Shown: positions 19,171 through 28,858 of the stretch, in pieces
Layout of the letters: each line of letters opens with the position of its first letter
How positions within the stretch are numbered: the stretch's first letter is position 1
Virus record (IMG/VR): IMGVR_UViG_3300019776_000194
Span: 1-64,000 of that record
DNA length: 64,000 nt
From: a virus
Strand: one strand, 5' to 3'
The notes under the pieces: generated by a model
What the model saw: the letters and a program-made list of their open reading frames with translations, nothing else
What the model was told of the DNA's origin: nothing
Databases searched by the model: none
Translations under genes and position numbers: made by a program

Positions 19171-19338
19171 ATGAACAAATCATATCGGATACAATGCACG
19201 ATAGATGTTGGGGACGAGTATTCAGAAATGACAGCCGTACAAAATCTAACATCATTTATAATGGATGACGGAGACAATTGGTGTATAGATAATGTGCAAG
19301 TGATTAATGTGGAAGAAATTACAGAAAAGGGACAATAA
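19171..19338 (+). CDS. hypothetical protein (not in ORF track)
   Basis: AGGAGG RBS; MNKSYRIQCT... open frame. Confidence 0.55.
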   Translation: MNKSYRIQCTIDVGDEYSEMTAVQNLTSFIMDDGDNWCIDNVQVINVEEITEKGQ

Positions 19339-19339
19339 T

Positions 19340-19837
19340 ATGAGCTATGACAAAATGGAAGATACAATTCAAGAGGCTTACAAGAATGTGAAGCTGTTTA
19401 ACCAGATTGCTTCCAACTTAGACAACGTAACACCAGAGAGTATTGATAATCAGATATCATTTATTTGGGAAGAGATGTGTGAGGCTATTGATGCTGTGGA
19501 AGCTAAAGATGAAGTTGAGCTGTTAGATGCTACGTGTGATGTTTTCGTAACAGTGACAGGGCTGATGCAGAAATTAGAGGTAGCTGGCTTTGATGTGTCT
19601 GGAGCTTTGAAGAAAGTGAATGAGAATAACTTGCAAAAGTTTCCTGAGTATGATGTACGCAAAGATGTAAATGAGCTAGCTCCCCCTAATACACGCACCA
19701 TTATTGATGGTAATCATTGTGTATTAGTCTTTAAGGATAAAGATACAGGAAAGATTCGCAAACCAACAAACTTTGTACCTGTTAATCTCTCAGGACATGA
19801 AGTAAAAGGTTTCTTATCAGGAGGTGCTAATGTTTAA
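19340..19837 (+). CDS. MazG-like/all-alpha NTP pyrophosphohydrolase
   Basis: EExxE...ELLDxxxD, VxxNNxxK, GKIRKP motifs. Confidence 0.8.
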   Translation: MSYDKMEDTIQEAYKNVKLFNQIASNLDNVTPESIDNQISFIWEEMCEAIDAVEAKDEVELLDATCDVFVTVTGLMQKLEVAGFDVSGALKKVNENNLQKFPEYDVRKDVNELAPPNTRTIIDGNHCVLVFKDKDTGKIRKPTNFVPVNLSGHEVKGFLSGGANV

Positions 19838-20357
19838 TATTAGTTGTAGTGATCTTTTGAAGTTAGACGACTTTGCAGGAATGAATGAAGTAGAATTGAT
19901 TCACCCTAAGAATGATGAGATAGTTCTTAATCATGCTCGTACAGCGGGCATGGATATCACAGGGGGCTATGAGTATTCTGCATCACAGCATAAAAATATG
20001 TTTGGTAAAACTGTAATAGGTTATCGGTTGGTTGGGGAGCTTAGGAATGACTCTACATTCCGTTCAAGCCTCTTCTGTACTCCAGAAGTGAGAACACTAA
20101 GTCATCTTCGACGTGACGTAAGCTTGACACAAGAGATGGTAAAGCTGTCTGGAGGTTGTTTCTCCTATGGTAAAAATGCTGAGGATGATGCAGAAGATGT
20201 GCGAGAGTATGAAAGTATGTGGGAACCAGATTGGCAGGTTTTAGAGCAACAAATCAACCTGTTAAACCAGATTGCTATTGACATTCGAGGGACACCTTAC
20301 GGAGCCAATGGTGGGTTAAGAACTTGGTATGAGTACCAAGAGACTTGCGGGGGCTAA
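19830..20357 (+). CDS. hypothetical protein
   Basis: AGGAGG RBS. Confidence 0.7.
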   Translation: MFNISCSDLLKLDDFAGMNEVELIHPKNDEIVLNHARTAGMDITGGYEYSASQHKNMFGKTVIGYRLVGELRNDSTFRSSLFCTPEVRTLSHLRRDVSLTQEMVKLSGGCFSYGKNAEDDAEDVREYESMWEPDWQVLEQQINLLNQIAIDIRGTPYGANGGLRTWYEYQETCGG

Positions 20358-20358
20358 T

Positions 20359-20994
20359 ATGGCAAAAAAATTAGTGTATGGTGTTGGTGTAAATGACGCT
20401 GATTATGTTGTAAGTGTCGTGGAAGCTATATCAAATAAAGGGGAGAAACAGGTACAAAGAGTGGTATGGAAGTGTCCTTATTACCAAAGGTGGATGAATA
20501 TGTTAATGAGGTGCTATAGTCCAAAATATCAGGCGAGACAAACCTCTTATGTTGGCTGTTCAGTATGTGACGAATGGCTTTTATTTAGTAATTTTAAAAA
20601 TTGGATGATGACTCAGCAGTGGGAGGGTAAAGCCCTAGATAAAGATATCCTCTGCAAGGGTAATAGAGTATACTCTCCAGACTTTTGTGTCTTTGTTGAT
20701 CAAAACGTAAATAGCCTTCTAGCAGATAGTGCAAAGAAACGAGGAGAGTTCCCAATCGGTGTAAGCCTCCACAAAGAGAGCCAAAGATTGTTAGCCACTT
20801 GCCTAGATGGACGGAGAAAGAAGGTGCATTTAGGTTTCTTCGATAATGCAGATGACGCACATGAAGCTTGGAGAAAATATAAACACGAATTAGCTTGCAA
20901 ACTTGCAGAAACTCAAGTTGATGTCAGGGTCAAGAACGCATTAAAAACAAGAGACTTGGCCTCGGAGTATCAGGAGGTGTTGAATGGAAAGTAA
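20359..20994 (+). CDS. HNH-type homing endonuclease
   Basis: VYGVG..D, WxNMLxRCY, YxGCSVCDEW..FSNF, LDKDIL, HLGFF; paralog of the 60903 ORF. Confidence 0.8.
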   Translation: MAKKLVYGVGVNDADYVVSVVEAISNKGEKQVQRVVWKCPYYQRWMNMLMRCYSPKYQARQTSYVGCSVCDEWLLFSNFKNWMMTQQWEGKALDKDILCKGNRVYSPDFCVFVDQNVNSLLADSAKKRGEFPIGVSLHKESQRLLATCLDGRRKKVHLGFFDNADDAHEAWRKYKHELACKLAETQVDVRVKNALKTRDLASEYQEVLNGK

Positions 20995-21127
20995 CCAGCT
21001 ATATTATTGTAACTCAGGAGTATTAGTTGCAAATATTATAAAGACACTCCATAATGTGTTAGAGCAATATCCAGAAGCAACATTGCATATTACGCAAGAT
21101 GGGTATATTGTTGTTTGTAAATAGGAG

Positions 21128-21156
21128 TTGAAATACTGAAGAGTGAGTGGTATAAT
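21128..21156 (+). promoter_or_regulatory. sigma70-like promoter for RNR, within an inverted repeat
   Basis: TTGAAA-17-TATAAT with TG extension; IR CTGAAGAG/CTCTTCAG. Confidence 0.75.
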
Positions 21157-21209
21157 AGTCGTTCCCTCTTCAGAAAAGAGAATTTAAAAATAATTATTGA
21201 AAGGTTAAC

Positions 21210-23063
21210 ATGGATAAAAAAGCATTAGCAGATATTACAGTATTTAACAAATATGCAAAATTTGTGCCTGAGCTAAATCGACGCGAATTGTGGGGTGAAA
21301 TCGTAGATCGTAATGCAGCTATGCATAAAGAAAAATACCCACACATGGCTGAAAAGATTGATGATGTGTACAGTAAATTTGTGAAGACAAAACGTGTACT
21401 ACCTTCCATGCGATCACTACAATTCGGAGGTCGTCCCATTCTTTTAAATGAAGCTCGTATTTTTAACTGCGCATACGCTCCAGCAGAAAGTCCAAAATTC
21501 TTCTCTGAGTTGATGTTCTTGTTGCTTGGTGGAACCGGAATGGGGTATAGTGTACAGCAGCGACACGTTGGTAAGCTCCCCAAGATTAAGCAACCAGAAA
21601 GTGATGGAGAGTATAAGTTTCAGATTCAAGATTCGATTGTAGGCTGGAGTGACGCAATCAAAGTAGTGTGCAAAGCTTTCTTTAATGCTGGAACACTTCC
21701 TGTATTTGATTACCGTGATATTCGGGAAAAAGGAGCAGACTTAGTAACAACAGGAGGACAAGCTCCGGGTCATGCGCCTTTGAAGGCATGCGTGGAACAG
21801 TTAGTGGCTTTATTGCGAGGAGCTATCGGGCGTAAGTTGAAGCCTATTGAAGTACATGATATGGCTTGTATTATTGCAGATGCTGTCTTAGCTGGAGGTA
21901 TTCGTAGAGCTGCTATGATTTCTTTGTTTGACCGTGACGATGAAGAGATGCTGACAGCGAAAGCTGGTGAATGGTACTTGACTCATCCGTATCGTGCTCG
22001 TTCTAACAATTCTGCAGTGTTGCCTCGTGGTGATGTAACTGAAGAAGAGTTTACAAACTTGATGAAGCGGGTTGAAGAATCTGGCTGCGGTGAGCCGGGT
22101 GTGTATTGGACTAATAACGAAGATTGGGGAACCAATCCATGTTGTGAGATTGCACTACGTCCTTATCAGATGTGTAACTTAACAGAGCTAAATGCTGGTA
22201 AGATTTATACTCAAGAAGAGTTTAATGAAGTAGCAAGTGCAGGAGCTTTCATCGGCACATTACAAGCAGGCTATACAGACTTCCACTACTTGAATCCCAA
22301 ATGGAAGATTGCTTGTGAGAAGGATGCTTTGCTGGGTGTGTCAATGACAGGAATTGCATCTGGTACTGTTGAGAAGCTTGACATGAAAGAAGCTGTAAAA
22401 CATGCGAAAGAAACTAATGCTGAAATCTCTAAGATGATTGGCATCAAGAAAGCAGCACGAGTCACCGCAGTAAAACCTGCAGGAACAACTTCTCTTGTCT
22501 TAGGTACATCTTCTGGTATTCACGCATGGCACAACGATTACTACATTCGACGTATGCGGGCAGGTAAAGACGAAGCATTGGCAATGTATATGATGACAGT
22601 AGCACCTGACTTGGTAGAGCAAGATGTGTTTGTACCACACCAAGTAGTTTTGAGCTTCCCACAGAAGGCTCCTGAAGGTGCAGCATTACGTACAGAGTCT
22701 ATGTTGTCTTTACTAGAGCGTGTGAAGAATGTGTCTTTGAATTGGGTTGCACAAGGACATCGTAGTGGTACTAATAAGCACAATGTGTCTTGTACTATCT
22801 CGGTTAAAGATGGAGAATGGAAAGAGTTGACTTCGTGGATGTGGGATAACCGTGAGCACTATAATGGTATTTCTGTTTTACCTTACTTTGGTGCAGAAGC
22901 TTATCCGCAACTGCCATTCGAGGATATTACAAAAGCGCGTTATGAAGAAATGTTGCCGCTATTAGAAACACTTGACATTAGTCAAGTGTATGAAACAAAT
23001 GGTAAGTCAATTAATTTATCATCTGAAATTGCATGTTCAGGTGGTGGTTGCGATATTATTTAA
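21210..23063 (+). CDS. nrdJ: class II (adenosylcobalamin-dependent) ribonucleotide reductase
   Basis: FNC, GGTGMG, RRAAMISL, NPCCEI, CNLTE, KPAGT and C-terminal CSGGGC; no beta-subunit gene adjacent. Confidence 0.88.
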   Translation: MDKKALADITVFNKYAKFVPELNRRELWGEIVDRNAAMHKEKYPHMAEKIDDVYSKFVKTKRVLPSMRSLQFGGRPILLNEARIFNCAYAPAESPKFFSELMFLLLGGTGMGYSVQQRHVGKLPKIKQPESDGEYKFQIQDSIVGWSDAIKVVCKAFFNAGTLPVFDYRDIREKGADLVTTGGQAPGHAPLKACVEQLVALLRGAIGRKLKPIEVHDMACIIADAVLAGGIRRAAMISLFDRDDEEMLTAKAGEWYLTHPYRARSNNSAVLPRGDVTEEEFTNLMKRVEESGCGEPGVYWTNNEDWGTNPCCEIALRPYQMCNLTELNAGKIYTQEEFNEVASAGAFIGTLQAGYTDFHYLNPKWKIACEKDALLGVSMTGIASGTVEKLDMKEAVKHAKETNAEISKMIGIKKAARVTAVKPAGTTSLVLGTSSGIHAWHNDYYIRRMRAGKDEALAMYMMTVAPDLVEQDVFVPHQVVLSFPQKAPEGAALRTESMLSLLERVKNVSLNWVAQGHRSGTNKHNVSCTISVKDGEWKELTSWMWDNREHYNGISVLPYFGAEAYPQLPFEDITKARYEEMLPLLETLDISQVYETNGKSINLSSEIACSGGGCDII

Positions 23064-23072
23064 GGAGAATAA

Positions 23073-23324
23073 ATGTTAACAGTGTACTCAAAAACAAACT
23101 GCCCTGCGTGTATCAATGTTAAAGTTCTTTTAGATAAATACGGCATTAGTTACGAAGAAATTAATATGGATGAAAATAAGGAAGCTAAAGAGTTTATTAT
23201 CTCTGAAGGACACAGACAAGCTCCTCAGATTTATAAAGGTAAAGATGTGTTTGTACAAGGTGGTTATCTTGGGCTTATTAAGATGACTGAAACAGAAGTT
23301 AAGAAGTTACTTTATGGTACATGA
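23073..23324 (+). CDS. glutaredoxin (NrdH-like)
   Basis: VYSKTNCPAC and PQI motifs; follows RNR. Confidence 0.9.
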   Translation: MLTVYSKTNCPACINVKVLLDKYGISYEEINMDENKEAKEFIISEGHRQAPQIYKGKDVFVQGGYLGLIKMTETEVKKLLYGT

Positions 23325-23387
23325 ATACAATGGGAGGATTTAAAACTTCCTCCTATAAATTTGTGGAATGCTCCTAGAAAATAGTTC

Positions 23388-23416
23388 TTGACAAAGGAAA
23401 GCTCTTAATCCATAAT
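23388..23416 (+). promoter_or_regulatory. sigma70-like promoter within an inverted repeat
   Basis: TTGACA-17-CATAAT; perfect IR GGAAAGCTCT/AGAGCTTTCC. Confidence 0.7.
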
Positions 23417-23447
23417 AGAGCTTTCCAAACAAACTAAGGAGAATAAT

Positions 23448-25995
23448 ATGTGGACATTGATATTTGTTTATAGCTTGTATGGAAGTTATATTCCGCACAC
23501 AACAGGCAATAAAGCAGAGATATCGCACCCTGTCACTGTCACCAAAGACTTCAAGACAAAGCAAGGCTGTGAGTTTGTGCAGAAGTGGCTTGAACAGAAT
23601 ACTGTAAATAATCGTAAACGTATTGATGTATCTATTTGCATTAAAGGAGAATAACATGAGTAAATGGAAATTTACAGACTTTGGTGGTGAACTGTACGAG
23701 GCAGAATATTTAGAAAAGTTTGATTTCTTTGTTATCCAAAGAATTGATCGAGTTACAGACGTAACTTTTGAATTTGATGTTGAAGAAGTTGAAGATTACC
23801 TCAACAGAGGCATTTGGAGACGACTTTCATGAGCCTCAAAGAATTATGGCAACAACCTGAATACAAGGAAAGACTGAAAGAATCTCACAGGCTTGCAAGA
23901 GAACGTATTGCTAAAGTGTTTGATTCAGAATACGACTCCTTAGAGTCGTTAATTCTTGAGATGGCTGATAATCCTCACTATCCGCATAAATTTAAGTTCA
24001 AAGTGCTTAATGAGAGACGCGCTAAGAGTAAGAACAATAGGATTGGGAGTGGAAAGTATTACACCAAGTTTTGTGCGGAAGTGTCTCACTGTGGGAAGTA
24101 TTTTCTAATATCTCCTGAGAGTAGTGAACACGCTAAGGTTGTAATGTCTATGTCAGAGTTAAAGCGTTTGGAAGTTGTAAAGCGGGTGGTAGTCTTTATC
24201 AAGAACACCTATCGTAAATTCAAGAAGGAGGAATGAAATGGATTTTATTAAAGTATGGTGTGAATATGATATGTCTGGACAGTTTGGGGGCAACAGTAAT
24301 GAGGAAGTATTTATTGTGTCGGATTCACTGACAGATGCTGAAATTGATAGTCTAGTGTGTAAAGAACTCCAGTGGATTTGGAAGGATGTAATGGAGGAAG
24401 ATGCACAAGCTGAGAATATCATTGAAGCAAGGTTAGCTGGATGGGAATATATCACAATACAAAATTTGGGGAGTTAGTGATGAGTTTTATTGAGATGGTC
24501 TTTGCCGTAATGGTAGGTGGATTACTTGTAGTAAGCACAGTAGGTTATTGTCTGTACATTGGCTGGAAATGGGTTTGGAAAGACGTTATGAAGGATTTGA
24601 CTATAGCTTATGACGTATATTTGAAACGTAGTTATGAGACATTTGAGGAGAATAGATAATGGCAATCAAAAAGGAAACACTCACATCACTTCGTAAGGAT
24701 GTTAAAGAGTTGAAAGAGCAGTTGGAGAAAACTAATAAAGAACTTGAGTCTGTGAAGTCAAGTAAGGAGTATTACAATAAACGTGCTGAGAAAGCAGAAG
24801 CTGAGACGGAGAGCATCCACAGTTTATTAGATGTCTTACCAAATGCATTAGCTCGTAAAACTGTACCAGACCCTGAACAAACTTGGAAAGTGATTGAACA
24901 TAATTTGATGACTCGATTTGCATCATATTTAGCTTTGCGTTAGGAGAAGAAATGAATATTACAAAAGATACAGTCGTGACATTGACAGTAGGACAAATTC
25001 AAGCAGCATTCACAGAATGGGATAGACGTTATCGTGAAGACCCTGATGAGTTTATGAATGAAGCCTATCGTTTATTGTTTGAAGATGAGAATGACTATGG
25101 TGCAGAAGCTACTCCATATTTCTTGTCTGTTGTCGAAGATTTGAAAGGAGAATAAAGTGAATGACAAAGATTTTATCAAGGAATTGATATCAAGAGGAGC
25201 CAATGCATATGACGGGTACTTTCATTATGCACATTTGGTCGCGGTATTGCTTCCGAAGAACTTACATGGCTCGTTAGAACAGTTATTAACTAATCCTACT
25301 TGGGACGGAGATGTAATTAGTAAGACGTATAGAGATGGGTTATTGCAGTACGGTCTAGCAGTAAGAGTATGTGTAAATAATCAGCAAGGATTTACAGCAG
25401 CAACATACTTTGCGTACACAGTTATGAAAATAATTAACGATATTAAAATGGGCAAGATTGGTGCTTAACTAAGGAGAATAGATGACTAACAATAAAGGTA
25501 AATATCCTGTAGATGATTCAGGGGATATGATTGACTACCCTTGTAATTGGAATAAACCTGATAACTGGTTTGAAATGAAACCATTCTTTGCTACATTAGA
25601 ATACAAAGGATTTCAACAAGGACGCAGCAGTGTACGATTTATTTTACAAGACGTACAAACTGGTGTAACATACTCCTTAATGCGAAATAGCTTTGACACA
25701 TTCATTACAAAAGCTAAGAACGGCATTCTTGGAGCAGAGTATATTGTAGTAAAACGTGGAGCCAATTATGGCTTGGTATTAACAGAGGATTTATAAGGAG
25801 AATATAATGACAAAGTATTACAAAATCGAGGAACAAGAGTTGTTAAGTTTATTATCAGATAGTCGTGAACTAACAGCACTACAAGGAGCTGGTGTGGACA
25901 ATTGGTGTGGTTATGATGATCGTTGGGAAGGTATGGATGAGTGGGAAGAAACCACAGCAGAAGATTTACCAAGTATGTATGAAGAAGCTAACTAG
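23448..25995 (+). other. cluster of 10 small hypothetical ORFs (starts 23448, 23656, 23829, 24238, 24480, 24659, 24952, 25157, 25482, 25807)
   Basis: Contiguous + strand ORFs, most preceded by AGGAGAA; no recognisable motifs. Confidence 0.7.
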
Positions 25996-26019
25996 AAATA
26001 ATGGACAAAGGAGAACGAA

Positions 26020-26292
26020 GTGAAAGATCAACACAAACAAATTAAAGGCTATCGAGACTTATCACAAGAGGAAATCGACTTGATGAATAAGATTAAAGCT
26101 TTAGCAGAGCAAGTTGGAGAGCTTGTGTCGGAAGTAGCTTCTAAGAATGATTGGCTTAATCAGAAGGATGTCTCAATTGCAGATAAACAAGTCTATGATG
26201 ATGCAGTAGATTGGGCAAACAATGCAAAGACAAACTTGCAAGTCGGATTCATGCAGCTCACTCGTGCAGTAGCTAAACCAACAACATTTTAA
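26020..26292 (+). CDS. acb2: anti-CBASS cyclic-nucleotide sponge Acb2 homolog
   Basis: QHKQIKGYRDLSQEEIDLMN...W...AKTNLQVGFM...RAVAKP matches the Acb2 pattern as recalled. Confidence 0.85.
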   Translation: MKDQHKQIKGYRDLSQEEIDLMNKIKALAEQVGELVSEVASKNDWLNQKDVSIADKQVYDDAVDWANNAKTNLQVGFMQLTRAVAKPTTF

Positions 26293-26305
26293 GGAGAACT
26301 AAACA

Positions 26306-26668
26306 ATGAGTAACGTATTTGATGATTTAAAACAACGAGCATTAGAAATTAACAAGAAGCAAGAATTACTGAAAGATTACATTGCGCAATTAGAAGCTGT
26401 ACAAGCAATTGATGCAGAGATTAAAGAATTGCAAGAGAAGCGTAAAGCTGTCATTGCTGCTGATACAGAAATCTTTGCTTTGACAAATGAGATTAAAGAG
26501 TTGTCTAAAGAGTTTGGTAAGGCTGCTAAAACTGTGTCTAAAGGTTTCTCATTTAAACCTGCTGTCACGAAACAGTATGTTAAGGCTGCAATCAAGAGTG
26601 ATGCTGCTGTCGCAGTAGTAAAAGAGAAGGGGAATGCTTTTGCTTTCCTTGATAGTAAATTCAACTAA
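26306..26668 (+). CDS. coiled-coil protein, possibly DNA-binding
   Basis: AAGGAGAA RBS; helical, Lys/Ala-rich. Confidence 0.6.
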   Translation: MSNVFDDLKQRALEINKKQELLKDYIAQLEAVQAIDAEIKELQEKRKAVIAADTEIFALTNEIKELSKEFGKAAKTVSKGFSFKPAVTKQYVKAAIKSDAAVAVVKEKGNAFAFLDSKFN

Positions 26669-26677
26669 GGAGAAAAT

Positions 26678-26848
26678 ATGAAGACAGCTTGGTTTTTAAT
26701 CCTCTTATGGATTACAGTGATTGTAGGTTGGTGCATGAATATTTATCAACTTACTCAAATGGGCGGAGAGGTTACAAGTAAATTTATATTGAAAGTTGTA
26801 GGTATATTTGTAGTACCTCTTGGCAGTATTTTAGGTTTATTTAATTAA
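26678..26848 (+). CDS. small membrane protein (not in ORF track)
   Basis: AAGGAGAA RBS; MKTAWFLILLW... with two hydrophobic segments. Confidence 0.6.
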   Translation: MKTAWFLILLWITVIVGWCMNIYQLTQMGGEVTSKFILKVVGIFVVPLGSILGLFN

Positions 26849-26860
26849 AGGAGAATTATT

Positions 26861-27112
26861 ATGGGTTTCTTGCAAATATTAAAATTAGTACTACAATTGC
26901 TTCCATTAATTTTAGAAGCAATTAAGACAGTAGAAGCAGCTTCCAATGTTTCTGGTAATGGTTCTGCCAAACTTGAGTTGGTTAAAGGATTGCTGACAAG
27001 CACAGTTGACATTGGCAACGATGTTGATAAGAGTCAGTATGGTGCAGCAATCGAGAAAGCCATTGCATTGAGTGTTAGCTTCTTCAATACTGTAGGTGTG
27101 TTTAAGAAGTAA
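26861..27112 (+). CDS. amphipathic small protein, possibly lysis-related
   Basis: AAGGAGAA RBS; N-terminal amphipathic helix; last + strand gene, converging on lysis genes. Confidence 0.65.
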   Translation: MGFLQILKLVLQLLPLILEAIKTVEAASNVSGNGSAKLELVKGLLTSTVDIGNDVDKSQYGAAIEKAIALSVSFFNTVGVFKK

Positions 27113-27119
27113 TAGACGT

Positions 27120-27152
27120 AAAAAGAGGCGGTGTCCCTTTCAGGAGCCGCCT
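27120..27152 (-). terminator. terminator between convergent arms
   Basis: Minus strand AGGCGGC...ACCGCCT stem followed by CTTTTT. Confidence 0.7.
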
Positions 27153-27168
27153 AAGTAGTCCTCTCAGA

Positions 27169-27519
27169 CTAGTAAACACATTGTATTGTAAAGCGGATTC
27201 CTTCGACAGACTCGCTTAACACTACTGTAACATCTTCTACCCTCTTTTGCTCATAGGCTTCTAACAAAGGCTTTAAAGTAATCGAGGGTATTATTTTATA
27301 TACGCAATTACTTGTTCGGGGAGTGATCTTCAATCGGAGCAAGCTCTCTTGGTACGTTGATGGTGTCTGCTTCTGCCAATTCTGGTAAAGCTTCACCTGT
27401 TGGTTTGGCTGGTAATACACCTGCTTTCTTTGAGGTGACGATATGCATAACTGTGGCTGCAAGAGTAAGCACAGCACCAGAGAAAGCTTCAACAGATGCT
27501 TCATCCAATGGAACTTCAT
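27169..27519 (-). CDS. putative exported protein overlapping the upstream membrane gene
   Basis: AAGGGA-7nt-ATG; signal-peptide-like MKHLLKLSLVLCLLL; fills otherwise empty 27169-27307. Confidence 0.45.
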   Translation of the reverse strand: MKFHWMKHLLKLSLVLCLLLQPQLCISSPQRKQVYYQPNQQVKLYQNWQKQTPSTYQESLLRLKITPRTSNCVYKIIPSITLKPLLEAYEQKRVEDVTVVLSESVEGIRFTIQCVY

Positions 27520-27667
27520 ATTGTGTTCCCTTAGTTAGTTTTACGATTGCATACAAGAAAGCTGAAAGAGCTGATACAGAGATAGTACCTTTCTTCCAAG
27601 CTTCTGCGTTGCTGATTTCTTGACCTTTGCGGAATAAATCCCAAAAAGTTGATAATTTACTAAACAT
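27308..27667 (-). CDS. two-TM membrane protein of the lysis cassette (holin- or spanin-like)
   Basis: Two hydrophobic helices; directly after endolysin; AAAAGGAA RBS. Confidence 0.6.
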   Translation of the reverse strand: MFSKLSTFWDLFRKGQEISNAEAWKKGTISVSALSAFLYAIVKLTKGTQYEVPLDEASVEAFSGAVLTLAATVMHIVTSKKAGVLPAKPTGEALPELAEADTINVPRELAPIEDHSPNK

Positions 27668-27668
27668 A

Positions 27669-28106
27669 TTACATTCCTTTTAAAAACAATGCTCTTTCCA
27701 TGTGCCTGCGATTGTCAAGCCCTTTAACCACTTTTCCACCAGCCTTATTCCACATTAGGAAGGCTTCTGCAGCTTCCTTCAAGCTTCCCTCACGAATCTT
27801 CCTAGCCACTGTAGACTTAGCAAAAGCTCCAACACCAATGTTGTATGCAAGTGATGTACAAGCTGCTTGTTGATTAGGAGATAGCTCACAGACTCTAGGA
27901 CAGGCTCTATAGACGTTATTTAAGAACTCCTGAGCACGTATAGCCAATTCACTATCAGCCTTCTCCTGAGTCCATTTAAGACCTTTAACAACACCTTTAG
28001 TTTCTCCATATCCTATAGTCCAGATTCCTACAATGTCTTGATAAGCTTCTAGCTTACAACCTTCAAATTGCTTTAGGAGTGGGATTAGTATTTGTAGTGC
28101 TGTCAT
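27669..28106 (-). CDS. endolysin, GH24 lysozyme
   Basis: FEG...YQDIVGIWTIGYG (E-x8-D-x5-T triad), SLAYNIG, GLxxRR. Confidence 0.93.
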   Translation of the reverse strand: MTALQILIPLLKQFEGCKLEAYQDIVGIWTIGYGETKGVVKGLKWTQEKADSELAIRAQEFLNNVYRACPRVCELSPNQQAACTSLAYNIGVGAFAKSTVARKIREGSLKEAAEAFLMWNKAGGKVVKGLDNRRHMERALFLKGM

Positions 28107-28438
28107 GGTCTGTCCTTCTTCAGTATCTCTAGAATCAAATCAATCTTCTCGCCAAGTCTGTTCTCCATTGCAGCAAGCTCTTTCTCAAAACGATTTTCTA
28201 CGCGATCAATAACTTTGTCATGCTCGAAACGAATCCTATCCATTTCCTTATCCCATCGTCTCTCATTATCTTCCACGACAGTTTTATCTGCTTTAACTTG
28301 TTTTACATGTTCAATAGCAGCATCTTGAGCTTCTTTTTCTTTACGTGTCATACTCCATAACGTACCTAGGAGAATACTAACTACACCAAACAAACCCCCT
28401 AGAATCCAGAAAATTGCACTTATCATATCTTGAGACAT
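28103..28438 (-). CDS. putative holin (one TM plus coiled coil)
   Basis: N-terminal TM, coupled to endolysin. Confidence 0.55.
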   Translation of the reverse strand: MSQDMISAIFWILGGLFGVVSILLGTLWSMTRKEKEAQDAAIEHVKQVKADKTVVEDNERRWDKEMDRIRFEHDKVIDRVENRFEKELAAMENRLGEKIDLILEILKKDRP

Positions 28439-28854
28439 CTATATTTCCTTTTTAAATAAATTAATGATGGTACTGAAAACAGAGCGCAAGATATGATTTC
28501 AAGATGCTCTAAAGCTGGTACGATAATTGTATGGGGTTGCCAGTTGACAGTGGCAAGTAAAGACAAGTGGCATAGTAACATTAGTCCATTGATGAATATT
28601 AGAGGGTAGCTTACTCTAACATTAATGCATATAGCCATAGTAATTTTTATAAGTTCAAACCCCATACAAATAGCAAACCAAATATAGTATTGAGATAGTT
28701 CATGCCCCATAGAGACACTGAAGTTGTGAATACTCTCTAGTGCTATTTGCATAGGTATTAAACTAGAAAAACCCACTACTAGAGTTAGTAGCAGGCTTCT
28801 CTTGCAATCCATATTTAATGCAATAGCAACAATTAATAAGATTGCATATAACAT
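28423..28854 (-). CDS. multi-pass membrane protein
   Basis: Several hydrophobic segments; probable start MLYAILL. Confidence 0.6.
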   Translation of the reverse strand: MLYAILLIVAIALNMDCKRSLLLTLVVGFSSLIPMQIALESIHNFSVSMGHELSQYYIWFAICMGFELIKITMAICINVRVSYPLIFINGLMLLCHLSLLATVNWQPHTIIVPALEHLEIISCALFSVPSLIYLKRKYRCLKI

Positions 28855-28858
28855 AATG

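Noticed and set aside
9850-23063. Introns or inteins in polymerase or RNR
   Set aside because: Both ORFs are continuous with all motifs at normal spacing; adjacent HNH genes are free-standing
3754-26664. Minus-strand ORFs inside the + arm (e.g. 5560..5937, 21194..21583)
   Set aside because: Antisense shadows of well-supported genes
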